Source: a virus
Lineage: Duplodnaviria > Caudoviricetes
Virus record (IMG/VR): IMGVR_UViG_3300043372_000056
Coordinates: 1-52,536 of that record
Reading direction: 5' to 3' (one strand)
DNA length: 52,536 nt
Shown here: positions 34,506 to 42,973 of the stretch, piece after piece
Layout of the letters: every line of letters begins with the position of its first letter
How positions within the stretch are numbered: position 1 is the first letter of the stretch
Made by a program: the position numbers and the translations under genes
Notes under the pieces: model-generated
What the model was told of the DNA's origin: nothing
What the model saw: only the letters and a program-made list of their open reading frames with translations
The model's database searches: none

Positions 34506-34602
34506 CGATAATATGATGCTGGACTAGATTTTTTTGCGGATTGATGGTTATCCACAGAGGCGCGTCTTGACGGCGCGTCTTTGACCGGAGGTCCAACACC
34601 TT

Positions 34603-35613
34603 ATGGCTCAACCTGCATACAAATGGAGCGACATCGAGGCGGTCTATACCGCCGTCGCCATCCACGGAAATGTCAGCACAGCGGCCCGATCTTTTAACCC
34701 GCCGATGTCGACCAAAACGGTGGCCAATCAATACGAAGCCGCGCTCAGCCGTTTTCACAAGCCCGACGTGCGAAAACTGCACCGGCAAGCCGTGGCATAC
34801 GATCCTGACAATCCGCCGGAATGCGAACTGACCGAGCGGGTGAGGCACCCCAATGCCACGGTTGTCGCGTTTTCGGATGCCCATTGGACGAGCCTGCACC
34901 AGCCTCGCAGCCTCGCCCACGAAGCATTGCTGCGAGCAATCCCAGCCATCAAGCCCGACATCCTTCTGAGCGTGGGTGACCTAGTGGATATGGGCGAACC
35001 ATCGCGCCACGACCCAATCGGATGGAACAAACGCATCCGGGTCAAAGACGAATTGGAAGCCGCTAAACAGCACCTCGATGATATCATGGGATGCGCGCCT
35101 CGAGCCCTGCGCTGGTGGGTGCGAGGCAATCACGATGACCGATTCGATAAATATTTGGCGCTGAATGCGGCGATGTTTGAAGGCGTCGAGGGGTTTGATT
35201 TTGCGGCGCAATTTCCAGACTGGCAGATGTGTCACCGGCTAGACCTAAATGACTCAGTGGTCATGCACCGGTTTCATGGTGGCATTCACGCGGGCTACAA
35301 CAACACTACCAAATCAGGCGTTAATTTTATCAGCGGCGATTCGCATGCTCTCCAGTCCGTGCCAACTGTGGACATGCGCGGGCGTCGGTGGGGCGTGCAG
35401 TGCGGTATGCTGGCCGAATTGACGTGGCCATGTTTTGGTTACATGCAGGGTAACACCCGGCTTTGGACCCCAGGCTTTGCCGTGCTCACATTCCGAAATG
35501 GGGAACTGATGCCGCCAGAATTGTGTGAAGTGATCAATGGAGTTGCCTGGTTTCGGGGCCAGGAGATTGCTGGTAAGCACCGGGTGCGTGTGCAGGCAGG
35601 GAGAGCATCATGA
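34603..35613 (+). CDS. Calcineurin-like metallophosphoesterase with N-terminal HTH-like segment
   Basis: SDAH, GDLVD, GNHD, HRFH, GDSH motifs; GGAGG RBS. Confidence 0.85.
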   Translation: MAQPAYKWSDIEAVYTAVAIHGNVSTAARSFNPPMSTKTVANQYEAALSRFHKPDVRKLHRQAVAYDPDNPPECELTERVRHPNATVVAFSDAHWTSLHQPRSLAHEALLRAIPAIKPDILLSVGDLVDMGEPSRHDPIGWNKRIRVKDELEAAKQHLDDIMGCAPRALRWWVRGNHDDRFDKYLALNAAMFEGVEGFDFAAQFPDWQMCHRLDLNDSVVMHRFHGGIHAGYNNTTKSGVNFISGDSHALQSVPTVDMRGRRWGVQCGMLAELTWPCFGYMQGNTRLWTPGFAVLTFRNGELMPPELCEVINGVAWFRGQEIAGKHRVRVQAGRAS

Positions 35614-35834
35614 AGAAATCGGCAAAGGTGGAACGCATCGACCCCGACGATTGCGCCATTGGCGCATTTGCCCGCAAGGCGCTGGAAGAAGTGCTGTCGC
35701 GCGATCCGTCGGTACTACTGCTCGTATACGAGACCGAGGCACAAGTGGGTTATGCCAGCGTGCCTGCATCCTCTGCCGTGGCGCTTGGCCTGCATCTCGC
35801 CGTGGGTAGCCTATTGATGCCAGAGCCTGAATAA
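35610..35834 (+). CDS. Hypothetical protein
   Basis: ATGA coupling; 74 aa. Confidence 0.7.
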   Translation: MKKSAKVERIDPDDCAIGAFARKALEEVLSRDPSVLLLVYETEAQVGYASVPASSAVALGLHLAVGSLLMPEPE

Positions 35835-35920
35835 TTTTTGAAAAATTCTATTGCGTGCCGTTTTCGGCCATTATAAAAGACGTCTTAGGGCACGACGCCC
35901 GGATAACTCATAACTCGGAG
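35831..35920 (+). promoter_or_regulatory. Early promoter/leader element, copy 3 (TTGCGT-N17-TAAAAG)
   Basis: Similar AT tract and downstream AGGGCACGACGCC...GATAACTCATAACT leader. Confidence 0.55.
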
Positions 35921-35927
35921 ACCTAAA

Positions 35928-36203
35928 ATGCTTGACAATCTATCCCTCGCTGATCGCTACAGCACGCTGAGCGAGCGTCTCAAAGAGATCGAGGCCCAGG
36001 TAAAAGCACTGCGCGAACAGATCATCTCGACCGGCCTGGAGCGCGTCACGGGCGATTACGCTGACGTCGTCGTTGCCCTGAGCGAGCGCGCCACGTTTGA
36101 TGCCAAGGTGGCCCAGAAATACCTGACGCCCGATCAGGTCGTCGAATGCACGCGCCAGACGGTCGTCACGACCCTGCGCGTCAAAGCCAAGGTAGGAGCA
36201 TAA
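35928..36203 (+). CDS. Hypothetical protein
   Basis: GGAG RBS; coiled coil then beta region. Confidence 0.8.
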   Translation: MLDNLSLADRYSTLSERLKEIEAQVKALREQIISTGLERVTGDYADVVVALSERATFDAKVAQKYLTPDQVVECTRQTVVTTLRVKAKVGA

Positions 36204-36207
36204 AACA

Positions 36208-36573
36208 ATGCCCAAGCGCGAAATCTTTAAGGACGCATATGATTGGCTCGACGACACACACGCCGCCGATAATTACGGCAAGAAGGCGGCTAGAGCTTTC
36301 GCAAAGGAAATACGCCAAGACCTGCGCAAAAACTTCATAGATGGCTGTGTAGGCAATGGTGTTCCATATGTAATCTGCGGAGATGACGAAGCAACGAGCT
36401 GGACCATTACCGAAACATTTGAGAACCTTTTGAACCAATCCATCCGAAATGCGGTCGATTGGGACGAGAAGGCCGCGCCAGAAAAGCTAATTGAACTTAT
36501 GGCTGTTCTTCAGCGAGTGTCCACAAAAGCCGAACGAGTTGTGAAGCGCCTCCGCAAAAAAGCGGGGGCCTGA
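36208..36573 (+). CDS. Hypothetical protein
   Basis: AGGAG RBS; 121 aa. Confidence 0.75.
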   Translation: MPKREIFKDAYDWLDDTHAADNYGKKAARAFAKEIRQDLRKNFIDGCVGNGVPYVICGDDEATSWTITETFENLLNQSIRNAVDWDEKAAPEKLIELMAVLQRVSTKAERVVKRLRKKAGA

Positions 36574-36794
36574 TGCCCACCTATTACATCGACCACGTAG
36601 ACGTCTGTCGGCTGCTGACAGACGCATGCAAGGCAGCCGGTGGCCAGAAAAAATGGGCCGAGGCTCACGGCATATCGTCCCCCTATGTGAGCAACGTCTT
36701 AAATTCACGCTGTGAGCCCGGCAGAGCCATGCTGGAGGCTCTCGGCGTCGTCAGAGTAGTCATGTACCGCAAACGCGAGGAGACCGCACAGTGA
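36573..36794 (+). CDS. Cro/XRE-like HTH protein
   Basis: AGGQKKWAEAHGISSPYVSNVLNSRCEPG. Confidence 0.8.
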   Translation: MPTYYIDHVDVCRLLTDACKAAGGQKKWAEAHGISSPYVSNVLNSRCEPGRAMLEALGVVRVVMYRKREETAQ

Positions 36795-36988
36795 CCGTCC
36801 AACAGCCCCCTAAGCCTGACATTGAGGCCCTGCGCGCCAAAGTCGGTGCCGCCCTCGATGCACTGCTCGCCGTCGAGCAGGGCGATGACATGGCCTACAG
36901 TAACGGGTCGTATGACCTCGCCATGCAGGTTTTTATGGATGCGACCTGGGCGCTGACCGATGCCCTGCGCGAGGAGAGCGCGGAATGA
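36791..36988 (+). CDS. Hypothetical protein
   Basis: GTGA coupling; GAGGAG RBS. Confidence 0.65.
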   Translation: MTVQQPPKPDIEALRAKVGAALDALLAVEQGDDMAYSNGSYDLAMQVFMDATWALTDALREESAE

Positions 36989-37275
36989 GCGAACCAGCAA
37001 AAGACGAAGCCGAACTGATTACTCAAGCGGCGCGGGCAACTTGCGAATGCCAGCCCAAAGGCTGCTATGTTCTGGACGGAGCAACGTGGTGCAGCGCAAG
37101 CAATCAAGATTCCGTTATTGCCACTCTCGCCGCAATCCGCGCGGCAGGGTGGGCGGTTGTGCCTGTTGAGCCGACCAGAGAGATGCTGCGCGCTGGATAT
37201 GATGAGAGCGGCGGGCGTGCCGTGATTGGAATTTGGGAGGCGATGCTAGAAACAGCGCCGGGGGTGAAGCCATGA
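36985..37275 (+). CDS. Hypothetical protein
   Basis: GWAVVPVEPTREMLRAG...WEAMLETAP module common in phage accessory genes. Confidence 0.75.
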   Translation: MSEPAKDEAELITQAARATCECQPKGCYVLDGATWCSASNQDSVIATLAAIRAAGWAVVPVEPTREMLRAGYDESGGRAVIGIWEAMLETAPGVKP

Positions 37276-37604
37276 CCGATCAAGACGACATTTACAATGG
37301 GATATTCTGGGTTCGTTCAAAGGACTTTGATATGAGGTGGGAAGCTGCAACCCCAGGCGAATCTTGTGATGAAATCAAGCGGCTCCGCGCCGAGAACGCG
37401 CGGCTGCGGGAGGCTTTAAAGAACCTACTCGACCGCGACGAACGCTACACATGCCAGCACGAAGAAACGCACCGTGGCGGGTTTCTCTGGGAAATTTGCG
37501 ACTGCTGCGGAGCCAAGTGGGCGGATGATATGGGCGGAAAAACAGAGTGGAAAGACCCGCCTGAATGGGTGGCCGCACGCGCAGCCCTGAAGGTGAAGCC
37601 ATGA
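37272..37604 (+). CDS. Hypothetical protein with Cys/His cluster
   Basis: ATGA coupling; CQHEETHRGG...CDCCG. Confidence 0.7.
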   Translation: MTDQDDIYNGIFWVRSKDFDMRWEAATPGESCDEIKRLRAENARLREALKNLLDRDERYTCQHEETHRGGFLWEICDCCGAKWADDMGGKTEWKDPPEWVAARAALKVKP

Positions 37605-38038
37605 ACGACTGGCCTGATCCCGACAAGCCGGGCGTGCCGCTTAATCCTGAGCGGGATGGGTGGCATTGGATTGTCGGATGGAGTGACAAACTATTTGTCG
37701 CTGAGTGGGATTCTGACCAAAAGGATTATGTGTGGTTTGATGGCGGCGATGATCCGTCAGGCATGGTTGAGAATGGCTGGACTTACGCTGGCCCAGTCCT
37801 AATGCCAGCCGAGGTAGACGCCTTTCGCGCCGAGAACGCGCGGCTGCGGGAGGTGGCAACAGAGGCTGAGCGTGAGGCGTGTGCATCTGTTACTGTGCGT
37901 ATCGAAGTCCCTGACGGTGCTGACACGTGGTCGCCGCTCGAAGCTTTTGAAGAGGGTTTACTTCTTTCTGATGCAGCGTTTCGTGATGCAATACGCAGCC
38001 GCGCCATGCTCGCAGCAGCGCCGGGGGTGAAGCCGTGA
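37601..38038 (+). CDS. Hypothetical protein
   Basis: ATGA coupling; WPDPDKPGVPLNPERDGWHW. Confidence 0.75.
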   Translation: MNDWPDPDKPGVPLNPERDGWHWIVGWSDKLFVAEWDSDQKDYVWFDGGDDPSGMVENGWTYAGPVLMPAEVDAFRAENARLREVATEAEREACASVTVRIEVPDGADTWSPLEAFEEGLLLSDAAFRDAIRSRAMLAAAPGVKP

Positions 38039-38289
38039 GCGAAGGTGTCACGCCCCGCAGCGTCGTCGAGATGGCCACCCGCGTACACCGCAGCAAAAAA
38101 GCTGCATATTATGCTGCGGCGTTGCAACTTAGAATTTCCTGCCACACTCCTCGCAAGATTGAGCAGGGCGGCACACCGGGAACCTTTATCCCGCAGCGCG
38201 TTGTAGACGAGGCTTTTGAGATGTTTCGACAACAACGGATTACACAAATCAAAGCCGAGATGGAACAACTTTTAGAGGCAACATCATGA
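38035..38289 (+). CDS. Hypothetical protein
   Basis: GTGA coupling; 84 aa. Confidence 0.65.
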   Translation: MSEGVTPRSVVEMATRVHRSKKAAYYAAALQLRISCHTPRKIEQGGTPGTFIPQRVVDEAFEMFRQQRITQIKAEMEQLLEATS

Positions 38290-38492
38290 TCTTACAACTC
38301 AACCCGCCGATCCCGATGACAACGCCCATCGGCAAAGGCGTAGCGCAACTGGTGATTGACTATGGCCTCGAGCACGATCTGCTCTGGGTCGTGTTTCAGG
38401 CGGATGGCGAGTGCTGGTGCTGGAGCAACAAGGACATTCGCGCGGACAACAACATCACCATCGGTCGTGTCAAACCTACGGAAAAGAGATGA
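38286..38492 (+). CDS. Conserved phage hypothetical protein
   Basis: MILQLNPPIP...TP.G.G...IDYG.EHDL.WV...GECW...N.DIR...N.T.GR. Confidence 0.8.
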   Translation: MILQLNPPIPMTTPIGKGVAQLVIDYGLEHDLLWVVFQADGECWCWSNKDIRADNNITIGRVKPTEKR

Positions 38493-38737
38493 TGGACAAT
38501 GTTGGATTGAGTGCCGGGCCTGTCATATCCACGCAGGAAGAGGCCCACAGCGTCAATGATTTGACTCAGAATTGGAAAATCATAGCACGATGCCCGCATG
38601 CTACCCGCGTGTGGAATTGGTGCTTTCCGTTAGTCGACATGACGCCATATCAGTCGTTTTACAGCGACGGCATCATCGCCACAGTGCAGCGCCGCGATCC
38701 GGGAGAAACCGTACTGCTGGCAAAGTGGGCCAGATAA
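38489..38737 (+). CDS. Hypothetical protein
   Basis: ATGA coupling; 82 aa. Confidence 0.55.
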   Translation: MMDNVGLSAGPVISTQEEAHSVNDLTQNWKIIARCPHATRVWNWCFPLVDMTPYQSFYSDGIIATVQRRDPGETVLLAKWAR

Positions 38738-38775
38738 CGCTATAACCGGCCCATAACCGATAACTGAGGCATCAC

Positions 38776-40320
38776 ATGCAGCTACGACCCTATCAGCAAG
38801 AAGCCCTAGCTGCCGCTCTCGTGGCGCTGGAGGCGGGCTCTAACCCGGTGCTTCAGCTTGCTACGGGCACCGGCAAGTCCCTCATAATTGCCGCCCTGGC
38901 AGAGCACTACCGCGCCACCAACAGGCAGGTGTGGATGATTACCCACGTGCAGCAATTAGTTAAGCAAAACGCATTCACATACGAGCGATATGCGGGCATC
39001 GAACCGGCGATCGTGTGCGCCAGTCTCGGTCGTCGGGACACCTGGGGCGGCGTGACGTATGGCACGATCCAGAGCGTCACCGGCATGCTCGATAAATTGA
39101 TCGCCCCGGATTTGATCATCATCGACGAGGCTCACCGGGTGCCACACAACGAGGGTGAGCCCGGCCAATATGAGGTATTACTCAGCCGATACCCGTGGGT
39201 TGGCCGAGTAGCTATGACCGCCACGCCCTGGCGCATGGACAACGGCGTCATTCATGGCGAGGGTAAGCAATTCTGGTTTGATACACTAGCCTATAGCTAC
39301 ACTGTACAACGTGCCGTAGCGGATGGATGGCTGTGCCCGCTGGTGGGTGTCGAGACTGCCGTCCAGCTTGATATGCAGAAGATTGCCATTAAAGGTGACT
39401 TTATACAGTCGCAAGTTGCAGCCGCCCAAACTGAGACATGGTTAAAATCTGTAGCTAGATCAATGCTGAAGTTGGCTGAAAAGCGCCAGCATATTGGAGT
39501 TTATTGCCCCACGGTTAAAGCCGTGACTAAAACCGCCGAGATCATTCGAGAAATTACCGAATGGTCTGTGTCTGTGTTGCATTCGGGCATGTCATCTGAT
39601 GAACGCCAAGCGGCCCTGAGTAATTTTATGTCGGGCGCCGTGCGGGTGCTTTGCTCGGTGGATATGATCACCACCGGCTTTGACTTTCCTGCCATGGATT
39701 GCATCGTTTGCCTGCGGCCCACCCTGTCATCGTCACTGTGGGTGCAGATACAGGGTCGTGGAACGCGGCTGCACCCTGACAAAAAAAATTGTTTAATTTT
39801 AGATTATGCGGGCAATTTGATCCGCCTGGGTGGCGTGGACATGTACGAGAATTTTTACCGCGAGAAAGGGCTTGAGGTGGTGTACACCGCCGGGCCCTAC
39901 TCATCGACAGATGCCCCGAAAGATGCTCCGACAGAGCAAAAAATTTATTCCGGGGTTAACACGCTGTTAGCGATTGACCCGATGACCGGCCAAGCGGTTC
40001 TAACCGAATCAATTGTTAAGGTCGATGTCCAGAGCGTTAGCGCGGTGGCAATCACTCCAAAAGGCAAGCATGTGGCGGTGCTGCTTGTGCATTATGCCTG
40101 CACCACCACTGAGGGGGTGCCGATAAAGGCGAGCAGTTTTATCGACACTGAGAATCCGACTTACAAAACGCATCAGTTTTTTTTCAACCGTGGCCTTGCC
40201 GTCTCTCTACCATCTTCGGCAAAGTCGCTGTCCTGGCAAATCAAAGGCGCGCAGATGCCCGATACGGTAGTGGTTAGAAAAAAAGGTCAATACTGGAATG
40301 TGATTGAGGAACATTTTTAA
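38776..40320 (+). CDS. Superfamily 2 DEAD/DEAH helicase (RadD/YejH-like)
   Basis: LRPYQ, ATGTGKS, DEAH, TATP, TTGFDFP, QIQGRGTR. Confidence 0.93.
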   Translation: MQLRPYQQEALAAALVALEAGSNPVLQLATGTGKSLIIAALAEHYRATNRQVWMITHVQQLVKQNAFTYERYAGIEPAIVCASLGRRDTWGGVTYGTIQSVTGMLDKLIAPDLIIIDEAHRVPHNEGEPGQYEVLLSRYPWVGRVAMTATPWRMDNGVIHGEGKQFWFDTLAYSYTVQRAVADGWLCPLVGVETAVQLDMQKIAIKGDFIQSQVAAAQTETWLKSVARSMLKLAEKRQHIGVYCPTVKAVTKTAEIIREITEWSVSVLHSGMSSDERQAALSNFMSGAVRVLCSVDMITTGFDFPAMDCIVCLRPTLSSSLWVQIQGRGTRLHPDKKNCLILDYAGNLIRLGGVDMYENFYREKGLEVVYTAGPYSSTDAPKDAPTEQKIYSGVNTLLAIDPMTGQAVLTESIVKVDVQSVSAVAITPKGKHVAVLLVHYACTTTEGVPIKASSFIDTENPTYKTHQFFFNRGLAVSLPSSAKSLSWQIKGAQMPDTVVVRKKGQYWNVIEEHF

Positions 40321-42443
40321 TGGCCAAACCACCCTCACACATTTGGGTCGTCGATGATCAACCCAAGCCGGTCGATTACGCCCTGGCATATGCGCGCCTG
40401 GGCTGGCACGTCTTGCCCGTCTGGTCCGTCGACGCCCATGGTCAGTGCCGGTGTGGTCGCCCGCATGGTGAGAAAGGTCACACGCCCGGTAAGCATCCTC
40501 ACACCAATCTGGTTCCGCATGGGCATCAGGATGCCAGCGCCGATGAGCAGGTGATCAGGGACTGGTGGGCGGTGGACCCGGATGCGGGCATCGGCATCAG
40601 CCTGGCCGCGTCGGGCCTGCTGGCACTCGACATCGACCCACGCAATGACGGGCGCGATACGCTGGCACAGATCGAGGCCGAGCATGGCGTGCTGCACTCC
40701 GATTGCGTGGCGATCACGCAGGGTGGTGGCGAGCATCGGGTGTTCGCCGCCGATCCCGAGATGTCGTACCCGGGCACGCTGGGCGATGGGCTCGACCTCA
40801 AACACCACGGCTACATCTGCGTGGCACCCACGCTCGGCATCAGCGGCGATTATCGCTGGGCCCAGGGTCGGTCGCCCATCAGCAAATCAAACCCGGCAAA
40901 GCCCGCACCCTTGCCCGACTATATCTCGAGCCGGGGTCGGTCAGCAGTTGACTACAGCCTCGTCGAGCGCAATGGCGCACCGGTCGCCACCGCCCAGACA
41001 TTCGACGACCTTCGATCTGCCCTCAAGCACGTTGATGCGGACGACTATACGACTTGGGTAAATGTCGGGTTGGTTCTCAAACCGTATGGCGAGAATGGAT
41101 ACAAAATTTGGACCGAATGGGCGTCGAAGTCCGAAAAATTTGATGCGGCTGCCCAGCGCCGGAAATGGGAGCGAGACATCGATCGGCCCCACAGCATCAC
41201 TTACCGGTCGATATTCCGCATGGCTATCGACAATGGCTGGCAGGGTAACCACGACAAGCCTGCGGTGCCAGAAGCCAAGATCAAGCAGGATGAGCACCCT
41301 CTCAGCCTGAGCCGCGCCGAGCCTCAGTCAGGCGCGAGCAAGGTTTTCGTTTTTGAATATATCTTCGATGACTTCATGAGCGTGGGTGTGAACGTCATTG
41401 CCGGTGCCCCAGGTGTCGGCAAAACCACGCTGATTGTGCCGCTGGCCTTGACCGCCGCGCACATCTGCCCGCCAGACTACGCACTCAAGCCGTCGATCCG
41501 GCGCAACGTGATCATCGTCACCGAGTCCGTCGTGCAGGTGCAGCGCGTTATCTACTCGGTACACAATTGGGGATATGTCGGTAACGACGCCCAGGTGTTC
41601 GAAAACCGCATCAAAATCATTCATGCCAAGCGTCTGGACCCAAAGATCGTGGCGCAGGTGGCCGAGGAATATCGGGGATGGACCGTCGATAATGAAAAAG
41701 CAGATGGGACGTTTTATTCTGCGCTGCCGCTGGTGGTGTTTGATACAGCGAATGCGGTTTTTGATTTGGAGAACGAGAACGATAACGCGGAGGTCGGAAA
41801 AGCTATGGCGCACGTTAAGGAGTCTTTTGTCGATTTCCCGTTGATCATTATCACGCACACGGCGAAGGCCCTGGGCTCGCTCGAGTCAGATTTCCTGAGC
41901 CCGCGCGGTGCATCTGCCTGGACCGGCGATGCCCAGGGCGTTTATCTGGTGTTCCGCGACGGCGAGACGAACGACGCCCCGCGCGTGCTCAAAGCCACCA
42001 AGGTACGGTTCCCCACGGCATTTGATGAACTGTCTTTCGACTTGATCAGCAATTCCGAAACGCACAAAGACATCCTGGGTTACGACAAGGAAATTTGGTT
42101 TTCGCACTCGGTTGCCCGGCCCCTGAAAGCCGGCGAGCGCAGCCAGTTGAAGGAAGGCCTGAAACAGAAGCGCGAGGATGATCAGGTGTCCGCCCTCTGC
42201 GCTGAGATGTTGAATTTGATCCGCAACAACGAAAACCAACCACGAAGTTTCTATGAACGCATGACCGTTGCCCAGGGCGGCGTGAAAGGCTCTAAGGAGC
42301 GCAAGTTACAGGCGATTGATACACTGCTGGATAAGGGCATTATCGAGATTGTCGAACTTGATATCCCCAAGGGGCGGCAGACCCATTACATTCGCATTGC
42401 CGACCCAAAGCCGACCGACGACGAAAACAAATATAACCTGTAG
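40320..42443 (+). CDS. Bifunctional primase-polymerase with PriCT-2 and AAA (RecA-like) helicase domains
   Basis: GKHP, LALDIDPRN, TQGGGEH; DDYTTWVNVG...WTEW; GAPGVGKTT, VVFDT, ITHTAK...RGASAW. Confidence 0.9.
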   Translation: MAKPPSHIWVVDDQPKPVDYALAYARLGWHVLPVWSVDAHGQCRCGRPHGEKGHTPGKHPHTNLVPHGHQDASADEQVIRDWWAVDPDAGIGISLAASGLLALDIDPRNDGRDTLAQIEAEHGVLHSDCVAITQGGGEHRVFAADPEMSYPGTLGDGLDLKHHGYICVAPTLGISGDYRWAQGRSPISKSNPAKPAPLPDYISSRGRSAVDYSLVERNGAPVATAQTFDDLRSALKHVDADDYTTWVNVGLVLKPYGENGYKIWTEWASKSEKFDAAAQRRKWERDIDRPHSITYRSIFRMAIDNGWQGNHDKPAVPEAKIKQDEHPLSLSRAEPQSGASKVFVFEYIFDDFMSVGVNVIAGAPGVGKTTLIVPLALTAAHICPPDYALKPSIRRNVIIVTESVVQVQRVIYSVHNWGYVGNDAQVFENRIKIIHAKRLDPKIVAQVAEEYRGWTVDNEKADGTFYSALPLVVFDTANAVFDLENENDNAEVGKAMAHVKESFVDFPLIIITHTAKALGSLESDFLSPRGASAWTGDAQGVYLVFRDGETNDAPRVLKATKVRFPTAFDELSFDLISNSETHKDILGYDKEIWFSHSVARPLKAGERSQLKEGLKQKREDDQVSALCAEMLNLIRNNENQPRSFYERMTVAQGGVKGSKERKLQAIDTLLDKGIIEIVELDIPKGRQTHYIRIADPKPTDDENKYNL

Positions 42444-42455
42444 AAAGGCATAACC

Positions 42456-42947
42456 ATGACAACTCAAATCACGATGATCAAAGACCTGAAGAAAAGCTGC
42501 GGAGATTGCTCGGCATGCTGTTCTGGCGCATTGAGCGGGCAAGCCCACGGACATTTTTTCTTCAAGGGCCGCCCATGTTTTTTCCTCAAGGAAAGCGGCT
42601 GCTCGATCTATGAGGACAGGCCCGAGAACCCCTGCGTCAGTTACAAGTGCGGCTATCTAGCCGAGCCGTTTTTTCCTGAATGGATGCGGCCCGACCAGTG
42701 CGGTTTTATCGCTACCCAGCGCGTTCACCGGTATATGGAGAAGGTCAAAGATGGCGACACAGAGCGCGACGAGGAGCGCGTGATCCCCTTCATGCAGCTG
42801 ATCGAATACCAAGGACCGACGACAGCCAAGGCGCTCTGGTGGTTCATCGAGAAGCACCTGGAGGGATCAATCCCGAACATGCTGATCGAGATTGACGGTG
42901 GGTATCAGCGCATGGGCAGCATGGACTTCCTGCGGGCCAAACTCTAG
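42456..42947 (+). CDS. YkgJ-like Cys-cluster (CxxCxxCC) Fe-S/Zn protein
   Basis: CGDCSACC, CFFL, CSIYEDRP..C..Y.C. Confidence 0.8.
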   Translation: MTTQITMIKDLKKSCGDCSACCSGALSGQAHGHFFFKGRPCFFLKESGCSIYEDRPENPCVSYKCGYLAEPFFPEWMRPDQCGFIATQRVHRYMEKVKDGDTERDEERVIPFMQLIEYQGPTTAKALWWFIEKHLEGSIPNMLIEIDGGYQRMGSMDFLRAKL

Positions 42948-42973
42948 CCTTCACTCACACTGGATAACTGAGA

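Noticed and set aside
34548-34556. Perfect DnaA box TTATCCACA
   Set aside because: A single 9-mer is plausible by chance in 52 kb; I saw no cluster or unwinding element.
36573-36794. Lysogeny switch around the Cro-like gene
   Set aside because: No divergent repressor, integrase or partition genes were found.
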